37,678 bases of DNA from Streblomastix strix (lineage: Eukaryota). Below the pieces are notes generated by a model. It was given only the letters and a program-made list of their open reading frames with translations, made no database searches and was not told the origin of the DNA. The DNA lies in assembly GCA_008636045.1 (NCBI GenBank), contig SNRW01000036.1, positions 1 to 37,678 on the forward strand. Direction: 5' to 3'. Below, piece after piece: positions 1-11,299 of the stretch (positions are counted from its first letter, which is position 1; the number at the start of each line of letters is the position of its first letter). The translations under genes were made by a program, and so were the position numbers.

Positions 1-151
1 AGTAGCCACGCATTTTAGGTGGAGGATTTGCTTACATTTGCTTTACTAAAATAAGAATTAAGAAAGGCTAATGCATATTCAGAAGTAAGAACTTAAGCAT
101 AAACTATCGCACGCCTCGTGACAGCAACGGAAGCAGCAACAACACCTTCAT
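1..151 (-). CDS. Possible 5' end of a gene running off the left edge of the window (frame and start uncertain)
   Basis: GC-enriched stretch with two TGA-free minus-strand frames under TAR=Gln: MKVLLLLPLLSRGVRQ...MQANPPPKMRGY (ATGs at 151 and 37) and HEGVVAASVAVTRRAIVYAQVLTSEY... No family recognised. Confidence 0.35.
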
Positions 152-428
152 GGAATAATTTTTTAAAACTTTCTTTAAAATTTTTATAAACACTTTAAAT
201 CAATTTGAATTTTGTTCAAATTTTAATAAATAATAATAAAATAAGTTTTGAAAGTTAATTTATATAAAATGATTTTTGATGTGAAAAACAGAAAATGATT
301 GTATTTATTTATTAAAATTCAAATAAACATAAAGAATTCGAAAATTATTGAAAATAGATTATTATATTGAATTAGTGAGATGAGATATCAACAAAAAGTT
401 TACATGCTATTTTATTCATTTATTTTCA

Positions 429-2789
429 TCAATCTCTTTTTTCTTTATCTTTCTGATTTTCCTCATTAATTGTTTATATTTATACAAGTGCTTCTTTAAC
501 TAAAGATTTAATTTCTTCTTTTTTCTCTTCATTCCAATCTTATTATACCCGCAATTCATCAAAATATTATTTATTAGCTAATTTCTTTATTTTTTCTTAA
601 ATAGTTGAAGAAATTTTTAAATTGTTTTCATTTGATCCAAACTTCATCAATGAAATCGTAAGTTAAATACATTCCCATAATTATGCATCTTCTTCGATTA
701 ACTGCTTCTCAAATCCATTTGATAATATTATATCATGATTGTCTAGTATTTAATAATTAATATTTTGAAATAATTATTTTTATAAATTAAGTAATATTAT
801 TTCATAAATTATAATAAAAATACTTCTTGATTCAGCAAGAAAGGTTAGTTCTTCAAAATCAATAGATTTAAACATTGATTTAGTTTTGAGCATATTTATA
901 ATAAAGATTTTTATTTTTGGAGGAAGAGGAAGTGCTTTAAATAAAATGGCAATAATTTTTGCAATTTAATAATGTATATTCCAATATTTACAATCCTCAT
1001 AAATATTGATAATTTTTTGAATTATTTCATCGTTGGTCAATGATTGGTAATATGGATGTTATGATCCTTAAATCTATCCTTTTGCACTAGATTTAACAAT
1101 TACAAGTATAATATTACATTATTATAATCTTATAACTTTATCTTTATCAAGAGGAATAAATTTTAGAAGATGAAGAAAAGGGTTAATAAAGTTTGTTTCA
1201 TCAACTACTATTTCATTTAATTTAGAGTTGTTCATAATCAATAATTTAACAATGTCTCCAATTACAAATTGTTGTCCTTCAATTTCATCTTATAATCTTG
1301 TTTTAACACAAATATCATACAGTAATATAATTAATCCATCTTTGATTAATTCAACTAATTTGCTATCATTTTGAATTTCTACAATTCATTTAATACAAAC
1401 TAATTTATTCATTGTTTCAGCATCTTCTAATGCGCTTAAGAGTTATTTTGCTTCATCTCCGCATTAATTGTCATGTTTAAGATAAATTATTCTTGAATAA
1501 TAGATAGAATTATAAATTGATTATTTAGTTTATTATGTTCCATAGATAAACATATTAAGAATAAGTCTAAGTGAATATTTGATTATCTTTGGATCAACAA
1601 TCTTTTCCTTATTTGAATTTCTAAGAAAAAAATAATAATATTTTATATATTAATAAATAAAAAAAATATAATAAAAATAAGATTATATTAAAAAATTTAC
1701 TTCATACTCAATGTATTATATTGATATTTCTATTCCACCAATAGAAATTATTGCTTCATGATTCTCTTTAATAATAATAAATGAATAATTAATAAAGAAT
1801 AATGGAAAATATAATATAAAACTAAATTTAAATATAAATTATTATGAAATAAAAATTTTAATTATAATTACAATAATTCAGATTTTTTAACCTTTATTCA
1901 TTGATATATATATCAGAGATTATAATGCTAATTTAATATTAATATTATTACCGGATTATGTTTAATCATATAATTATCAAATTATTTGTTACTGATTTTC
2001 CATTGGAAGTTTAATTCCCTAAGTTTGAAGAATAGATAAAAGTTAACAAGAATAAAACTTAATATTCAAATTAATATCTTTATTCATTAATATATCTTAG
2101 ATTATTGTCATCAATCATCCCTATTGGTCCAATTCATCAAAATATGGATGATGATATGATGTATATATGATTTAATCTAAATTTAATTTACCTCCAGTTT
2201 ATGATGGAATATTTAATTATTGTTGCTTCCATCCTTTTTAGATAATGAAGATTAAAGTTATTAAAACGGCTTCTATAATATCTTAATCTTTATTATTAAA
2301 TAATGATATAAGAGTTTGAATTATTCCAATCTCAAATAATTAATGAGTTTGATTCAAAGAACCTAAACAGCAAATTATTCTTATCACCGCAATAATGTTC
2401 AGTGTTATTTGATCAATAGGTGAATTTTTGATAAAATCAATCAATTAATTAATGAAGCCTGATTGTATTACTAGTCCAATATCTTCACTTCTTCTATTTA
2501 ATCTCAAATTTACTATTTCAACCATATTTTCTATAATTTAATTACATTCACGTTTAATTCCCTCAGTTAATTGTTATTATTGGGGTTGAATAGATTTTAA
2601 AGTTTTAAACACATTTGAAATATATATGTATAAATCAATTGATGATTCATAAGTTTCTTTAAGTGATGAAATTTATTATTTAAAGAGTCTTATTTATTCT
2701 AGAGAAATGTTTTGAGTTGATGGAAGTGAAGGAAACGATATATTTTGATTTAATTATAAAGAAGAAGATGGCAGTTATACTAATTACAT
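429..2789 (-). CDS. ARM/HEAT-like alpha-solenoid protein, 4 exons, ~690 codons, with three internal in-frame TGA codons (recoded gene or young pseudogene)
   Basis: ATG at 2789; three GT-AG introns (~1891-1766, ~1707-1621, ~823-742) join in phase; recurring motifs HPYF/HPYY, LP(L)P, ENH/NNH; ends GAT TGA TGA (429-431, 426-428). Internal TGA at 2115-2117, 1977-1979 and 1386-1388; no frameshift found. Confidence 0.7.
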
Positions 2790-3196
2790 TGGATCTACAA
2801 ATAATAATAAAAAAAAGATAAAAATTTGAAAAAGAATTAGATAAAAAATAAATTATTTATTTTTCACACAAAAAATTGAGTTTATTTGTAAAATTTATAT
2901 GTTAAATATATCAAGAAATAGAGATGTTTAATATATAATTAAATTTCGTTTTAAAATTAAGAATAAATGTTGTAATATGAGTTAAAGCAATTTTTTTATT
3001 TTTTTTAATTTTATTTTGTTAATTTGATAGAATTTTCATTTCAAAGTATAAATTATAATCATATAAATTGTATTTATTCACAAATAATCAATTTTATTGT
3101 TTAATTTATAAAATAGACAAAATGAACAGAAAAATTAACAAAAATTATTATTTTTGTGAAATATAACAAAATCAAAACAGAAATTTGTACTCAATG

Positions 3197-6100
3197 TCAG
3201 AAATTTCCTTGGCCAGTTTTTTTATCCGGTGGAGGATTATTAATTCTATTTGGTGAAATGTTAACATCTTCAATATCATGCGAGTTTCGCAAAAAAACAA
3301 TATCGTTTTCAACTCCAAATGTTGTCTTTCGAAATATTGGAGATTTCTATTTTGATTGATATTTTGACCAAACAGGAGGCTGGCGGTTGATTGAAGAAGA
3401 TAATGTTCCACTGCTTCCCCAGGGTCCTTTATTTACTCCTTTTAATTATTGTAACTAATCTTTTTAAAACTATGATACTGATTATTTTGGAAACGATGTT
3501 GATGAAGATTTCATACTATAGCTCTATTTATATTCAATAATACTTGATGATGGTCTTTTTCTTTATATTGAGTTATTAGGATAAGTCATTCTTTAATTAT
3601 AAGTAGATGAAGGAGGAGGTGATAATAATGAAGATTAATATGAAGGCTGAGTTTGTTGAGGTTAATTAATTGTTGGTGATAAATTTGATTATATTAATAT
3701 ATCTTTTTATTCTTAATCTTTTTATTATTATTATTCTTATTCTTTATTTTTAATTTCATCATCTTCAGGAATATATCCTCTTATTCTTTTCTCATTTTTA
3801 TTCCCAAAATCATCAAGAATTTATCCATTCATATCTTAATCTTTATCTTTTTCTATATCTCTTATCCAACCAGATCTATCCTTTTTTCTATCTTCCTCAT
3901 CATCTATGGAATCATCATCATCTCTGGAATCATCATCATCATCATCATTATCTTCTTCTTCTTCTTCTTCATCCTCATCATCATCATCCTCTTCTTCTTC
4001 TTCTTCTTCCTTTCCAACATCATCAGTTCCAAGAGCTTCTCTCACTTATCCATTCAATTTATTTATCAATTCACGAATATCATTTTCTCCTTATCCACCT
4101 ATAATATCACATTGTAAATATAAATAAACAATCAAATTGAATTATGAACATATAATAAATTACAAAACCTTCTGCAGTTAATGTTCCTTATTCAGCTAAA
4201 TCTACTGCTCTTCTAAATTAGCCAAGCATAGCACCTAAACATAAAAAATAGATTATATTATTTAAATAAATAAATAAATATATTTATAATTATAATTATA
4301 AATATTTAATAATAATCCATACCTATCTTTTATTATAATAAAGCTTCTTATTCTTCCAATCTTTTAACTTATTCTCTTTCTTTTTCAACAGCAGACTTTA
4401 TTTAGTAATAAAATAAACATTAAATATAAAAATAAAATAATTAATATTCTTCATTCATCTTTATTATGACTAGTTCATTTATTCTTCTACTTTTTTCTTA
4501 TATTTAAATTTGACTACATACGTTCATATCATCTTTTGCTCTTTCCATGAATCTTTATTCAGCTGCAATCTTTGATTTATGAATAGCGGCTGTCTTTGCT
4601 AATACTTATTCTAATTCTGCCAATTGTCTATCAATAATTGATTAAAATAAGTCATAAGAAAAATATCATAATTATATTTTGTTATTTAATAATTTATTAC
4701 CTGTTTGAATCAATCTACATTACAAATTGCATTCTTTTATCTGCTTCAATTTTATTTAAATGTTTTAATTCTTCTAATTTATCTGAGAATACACGAGCCT
4801 ACAAACATTAACAAAGAATATTAAAGAAACAAACAGCAGTAATAATAAAAATAATATCTTTATTCTTTTTAATTATTAAAATTTATTATTCATATAAACC
4901 TGCATCTCATTCTCTCTTTTTCCTTCATTTATTACTTATTCTCTTGCTTCTTTAAATCTTAATAAATTAAAATTATAAAATATGAATAATGAATAATACT
5001 TTTATATTACATTTATTTCCTTTTGTTCAATTATATATTAATCTTCCTATTATATATATTTCTACCCAACCTTTTCTATTTGACTTAATCTCTCAATTCA
5101 TCTTCTTTTCTTTGTTATCTGTGTCTTTCTTCTTCTTCCTCAGATAATCTATTAATATTTAATAAATGAATAATTAATTAGAGTTAAACTAAAAAAGTTT
5201 TTATTTATATTTTCCCATATAAATATTCTTTCTAATTTATAATCTTCTTTAACCTTCTATCAACTCTTCTCTTCTCTTCTTCTCCCAATCCAATTTCTTG
5301 TGCTAATTCATGTGATACTGCTGCCTAGTTATATAATAATATAATTGTTTATAATAATTGTTAGGTTAATATAATGCTTAAACAGCTTGACAATGTTTAA
5401 TATTATATCTTAAATTTAATAATATTTTATTTTTCTTTTCATACTTTTTAAAGGTCAGCGAGGGTATCTTTATGTTTTTTTAACTTTTCTTGCTTTTTCT
5501 CTCTCCTATTTAAATAAATAAATAAATTAGTAAATAAATAATAATAACAATTTTATACTTTTATTTTTCATCTATTCTTTTCTATACTACATCCTGTTAT
5601 TAATCCATAGTTTTTCTCCACTTTTTCCCTTCAATCTAAAATATAATTATTATGATATAATAATAATAATTTATTAATTTAATATAATATAATATTCATT
5701 CAATTACGATTAATACCTCTCCTATATTTTATTTATGCATTGCAAGAGCTCTTTCTTTTTTCTCTCTTTATTAAGCTTCACGAAGATCAGCTGCTTCAGC
5801 AATTTATTATCTATTAATATTGTAATAATATAATTAATAAAATTATTTATAGTTATTCTTATATAATTACTTATATATATAATATATATATAATATACCT
5901 TGACACTCCCTCTATGTTTCTGAGAGCTTCTTCTTATCCTCTTCTCTAATAATCTTCTTCATCTTCTTTCTTTCTTTCATTCATATCCTATTTTGCTTAT
6001 ATTGACACTGTACGGAGAGGTTGAACTGTATCATTGTCCTATTATTAATAAGTGAGATAAAGAAATTGTAAATAAAAATATGGAGACAAATTGAAATATA

Positions 6101-9013
6101 TGGTCAATAATAACATATTTTCATTTATATTTATTTGTATATTCTTTAATTTGAATTATTTATCCTTTTATTCTAATAATTTTATTATAATATTCAAATA
6201 CTTATTTATTCATTCGCCAATGAACTTTATCCATTGATTCTTACCTTTCTCCTTCATCAGCACTGGATATATAATAAATATAATAAATAACAAAATGAAT
6301 TAAGAAACATATCCAATAAATGTAAATATGTCAAAAAGCAAATTTGCACTTGAATGTAAATATCAAAATATAAATAGAAATACTTCCTCACTCTTTATTC
6401 AGCACCATTAATCCATTTATTTCTATCTTAACTTACTGCATTTGATTCAAGTCTTTTAACAGCGAGATGACCTTTTTATTTTAAGAAGATCTAAATTATA
6501 ACAAAATATTGGAAAGTTAATAATGTAATTAAATGAAGATCATTAATGTTTTTTATTTAGTTCTTGCAAACTCCATTTTCATCATCTTCTTGTGATTACT
6601 TTGTTATGCTATTAAGAATATATTAATGATTATAATAAATAAATAAATTATTATTTATAATTGAATTTTAATTATTTAATTTCATTATTTTGATAAAAAT
6701 AAATTAAATAAACTTATCTATATCTTTAACTACTCTCATTCTTTCAACAATTGCATCTTCTTCTTTCTTTAATCGAGCTAAAACATCTGCATCCTGAATT
6801 AATTGATAGGTTGATAATAAATATGAATAATATAATAATACAGTATATAATATATAATAAATATTTTCATTTTTTTTCTTTTCTCTAATTTAATCTTATT
6901 CAATAAAGAATGTATTTTATTACCTAATTAATAGTTATTATTGGTACTCTATCAAATGTAGGATATGTAAAGAGGGCTTCTGGTTCTGAACTTATTCCTG
7001 AATTGTTTGTATATAAGATAAAAAGAAAAGAAAAAACGAATTAATAAAATATATTGTTTTTTTAAATAATAATAATCAACACTCATCTTTATATTTATTC
7101 ACACCTTAGAATCCGCCAGCTAATACTCCATCTAAATTATATGCATCTTTATATAAATATAATAAATTAATATAATATAATTCATCTCTATTATATATAT
7201 TATATAATAATACCTCCAATCTATCCATATCTATCTCCATCTCCATTCATCTTCCTCTTATATAGAGCTTATGCTAATATGGCTGAATCAGATGATCTAT
7301 CTATTTATATATGTAGGAGATGAATATAGGAGAAGAATATAGGAGAAGAATTAATAATATAACAAATATAATATATAGATTAATAATTCATACATTTCTG
7401 TTTACCAAGTCTTTTTAATCGTGCATTTCTATTAGCCTAAATATAATATAAACATATTCAATAATATAAATATTATTTATATCCTTATAAGATATCAATG
7501 ATTATAACCTCTCCATATGCACCAGATGGATATGAAAGATTAATTGACTTAACAATTGAATATTGTGGGGATCTTGGAGTAGGAATTGGTGTAAATGGCT
7601 ATAATAAGTAATATAATATATATAATAGAATTAAGATTAAATAATGTAAATAAAAATGTTAATTAATATATACTTTTATTGTATAAAATAACTTACGAAT
7701 CTTTGCTGGGCTTTCCTATTCAATAAATATTAATAAATTATATGAAACAACAAATAAAATGTTCATATTTGTAATAAATCATATTAAATTCGAACCTACA
7801 ACAATTTATGAGCAAGAGTCACCAATTAATGCACATCAGTATATGAAGGTGAAATGAGGTTTAACATCTCCAAGTATTATCTGGTTGATTTCTATAGTTG
7901 TTACTTCTTAGTTAGTGATGATTAAGTCTGAGATGTATAAGTAGTCAATGATTACTAATCTTTCTATTGTGAAGTGTAAGAAGGATATGGTAATAGAGAT
8001 TTAGCCAATGCATCTATATTCCTATTGAAATGAATCCTCTATTCTCTCTCCTTATCATCCAATAACATTGGAATTAGATGTTGATATTGTGGATAGCTGA
8101 AGAAGAAATCAATTTCACGAGCTTCCTTCATCTTCAATAGTTATTATCTATTGAGAATACAGTATGCAACAGCTACACATAGTAGATATTCAGGTTAACA
8201 AGGATTGTTTCTCATAAAGAATGTATGATCCATTATTACTGCCCATTCTGATAATGCAAAGAAGTCAGAAAATAAACTACATAATGTTTCCCATATATAT
8301 GTCTGGGGAGTTAATCCTAATTTAGTGAAATGTTAATGAAGCTCTTAATCATAGTGTATGAGAATAGCTTCTGCTCTTTTAAGAACACGAGCTGGAGGAC
8401 CAGGAAGAGTATCAAACCAATCTGAACAATAATTCATCAATAATGTAATGCATATCTCAACACATGCTACTTCATTGTCTATGATCTTAACAAATGGATA
8501 TACAATACTGGGTATGAGACCTGCACGTACATCTGTTGACTCATGATTATGCATATTCTTCCTTTGGATTAAATCTAATACAACTTCTGGTTTCTGTCTT
8601 TCACGTACTCCAATATCACAACAAACAGGAGACCAATGTGCAAGTGCGTTCATCACACGGAAGAAGCGCTAAGCAAGGCGATTATCTAATATAGGATAAA
8701 GATGGGGCATGTATGTTAGACCTGGGTGAGTACCTTTTGATTTCAAAGAAGAAACCCCAGAGCTGGACATAGGAATACGAAGAAGGTGCTACCAATAAAT
8801 GCGCCGTTTCTCTTCTGGAAATTCACCAAGTTCTCGAAGAGCACCACGAATCTGCTCTTCTTTTAATCCTTTTACTACACCGCCAGGCGGAGGGCTAGAT
8901 GGTGTTTCACGAGGTGGTAAGGTTTCACGGCCAAAAGAGATGCTCTTCTTCAGACCTGTTTTGAAAGTTAAATTTTAAATAAAAGTGTTTATAGCAGCAT
9001 AAATATTAATCAT
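3197..9013 (-). CDS. TBC1D31: TBC1D31/WDR67-like Rab-GAP TBC protein with long coiled coil and acidic/low-complexity tail, ~22 introns
   Basis: Translation with TAR=Gln: LRELGEFPEEKRRIYWQHLLRIP...KGTHPG...RVMNALAHWSPV...PSIVYPFVKI...WFDTLPGPPARVLKRAEAILIHYDQELHQHF...YIWETLCSLFSDFFALSEWAVIMDHTF, matching the TBC1D31 TBC region as I recall it. Downstream exons join in phase to TGA at 3197-3199. Start codon (9013) is tentative. Confidence 0.8.
7314..7351. repeat. 13-nt tandem repeat (TAGGAGAAGAATA x ~3) in an intron of the TBC gene
   Basis: taggagatgaata taggagaagaata taggagaagaat read directly. Confidence 0.8.
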
Positions 9014-9429
9014 TTAATAAAATTTTATGAAATATAATGATTCAGAGTTTGGAATTCATTTTTTCTTTCCAAATTTTTTTGATCAAGTTTAATCGACCAA
9101 CCATCAAATCAAAAATTGATAATTTTAAAAATATATTTAAAACTATTGCATGATTAATATAATTTATAGAATAAATTTGATTTATAACTGTTATATCACT
9201 GGAATATATTATGCGACAAATTGCTCTTAAAATATGCTATTTAAATTGTTTTGTACCAAAAATTTATATTGTTAGAACATGCACATGTATAAAACATGCC
9301 TGCAAAACGCGGTTCCATGGATTGCAAGAGAGAGATTAATTTGTTAATTATTTATTGTATAAGATCATCTAAATATTTTTACAATTAATAAATTAATAAA
9401 ACTAGTGTATAAACATCGTTTCTGGAACT

Positions 9430-10361
9430 TCAGTTTTTGGTGCAAGTGTAAATGTAGTGAACTTCCTGACCATCTGATGCTGATTGAAGTACAACACCAA
9501 CCTGTGGTTTTGGTAGTGTGTTCACCGATACAGACCAGTTGCTGAAGTGGTAAAGAATAATATTTTTATATGAAAAACAATTTTGAAATTATATAAAAGA
9601 AAAATATGATCATACTATTCTGATGCTTATAGATACGCTAATCTGTTCTGCGATGTTCCATATGAGACTGCAAAGAAGACACCTCCTGGTCTAAGGACTC
9701 TAATGAATTGAATACAGATCATATAATAAATAATAATAAATATAAAGTAAATCCATACTTGCTAATCCCTGAGAGCATTTTCTGTACATTTGCATAGGAG
9801 CCATCACCACAGAGAATAGAATCCATTGTTCCTTTATCAATCACTGCATCATAGATACCCTCGCCTTGTCTTCCAAGTTCAAGGACATCTCCAACCTCAA
9901 CTGTAATGAAAAAAAACATAGGTTTTAACAAAATTTATAGAAAATGGATGAAAAAATGAAAAGTGAAAATGAAAAAACATCTGAGTTCACGACGATCTTC
10001 TGCACGTTTCTTTACAAGATCGATGGCTACTGGTGATATGTCTATGCTTGTTATATTCCTATACCCGTCATCATACATATCTTCCTACAATCCTGCAAAT
10101 ACAGAGAAAAAGAAATATTAATTTAAATAAAAAAATATTTTTTAAGCAAACTTGAAGTTCCAACTCCAACTTGAAGGATGTTGCCATTCTTATTAATAAC
10201 AGCATCTATGAATGGCTTCAGTGCGCTATAGCGTTGGAACCACTCAAATGGCTGCTGGTCGCGTGTGTAGCGCTCATTCCTAAAGATTGTAAAAAAATAA
10301 TTATATAATTCAAAAAATACTGTACACACCAGTAATCTGCTTTGCCGTATTATGCGCACAT
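9430..10361 (-). CDS. Class I SAM-dependent methyltransferase, EEF1AKMT4/ECE2-N/METTL13-N-like, copy 1 (6 exons)
   Basis: MCAQYGKADYW/NERYTRDQQPFEWFQRY...ILQVGVGTS/RLQEDMYDDGYRNITSIDISPVAI...YDAVIDKGTMDSILCG...VLRPGGVFFAVSYG...HYIYTCTKN-TGA. All five introns are GT-AG and in phase. Confidence 0.92.
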
Positions 10362-10745
10362 TACAAAACTCACTAAACAAGTTGGGAACTATACAAAAAT
10401 AATTGAAACAAAAAGAAATTAAAATTAATATTAAAGAAACAAACGAAGGATAATCTTAAGTTAAAAAAATATTATATTTTTGTGTAAATTATAGGTTTAA
10501 TATTCAAAATTGATTTTATTAATAGGTTTAAAAGTTAATAAATCTGAATATGAAACTTTCAAATATGAATTTTTTGAGATTTTGCAGTTAATAAATAGAA
10601 ATGTGTACTAAAGAGCAAATTCTCGATTTAAATTTGATTAATTTATATTTAATTTATTTTAAATATGCACTATAATGAGATATATTCACCAGTATATACA
10701 TTAAAATTAAATCAAATTGATGTACAAGCCAGAAATATCAATTTA
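10362..10745. repeat. Upstream non-coding region of methyltransferase copy 1, homologous to ~16200-16570
   Basis: Co-linear similar blocks, e.g. 10608 ctaaagagcaaattctcgatttaaatt vs 16441 ttaaagagcaattcctcgttttaaatt; 10720 tgtacaagccagaaa vs 16554 tgtacatgccaaaaa. Confidence 0.7.
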
Positions 10746-11299
10746 TGTTCCTGGCCGAGCAATAAGTATAATGCAGAAAATAAGCATAGAATATGAGTAT
10801 ATGCATCTGTATTAGTATAATATTTTACAGCGCATTGTGTTCGAGCTAAGAGACAGAAAAACGTACGATCCGGCCTATACCGCTAATTTTTTTGTGATTC
10901 AATAATTTTGCGCTAGTTTTTATTGAACCGGAATAATATATTTCTTTAAAAAATATTTATATCAGTTTATTCAAATCAATTTTAAGTATGTAATTCAATT
11001 TCCATTATATATATTACCCTGTGATGCAATTTAAAAAATATTTATTTTATATTAATATACATAATAAAATATAAACTATTACATAAAAAATTATTTCAAA
11101 ATAAAACAAGGTATCTTTTTTCTCTCTTATTTCTAAATATAAGTTATTTATGACATTTTACTGTATTTTACTCAAATTTTTTAATGTGTTTATATTTGAT
11201 TAATAAAAAAATAATAATATTATTTTATAGACCATTGTATTCAGAGAGTATTCATTTAATTAGTGCAAAATTAATAATTCTTCACAAAGAATAATCTAA

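Noticed and set aside
75..155. Possible box C/D snoRNA on the minus strand (ATGAAGG ... CTGA)
   Set aside because: The C box has two mismatches, the terminal stem is weak, no convincing rRNA-complementary guide was found, and the region also has open reading frames.
7083..7104. In-frame TGA (AAA AGA TGA) after GGFQG in the TBC gene
   Set aside because: It lies within an intron starting GTGTGA whose phase matches the next exon.
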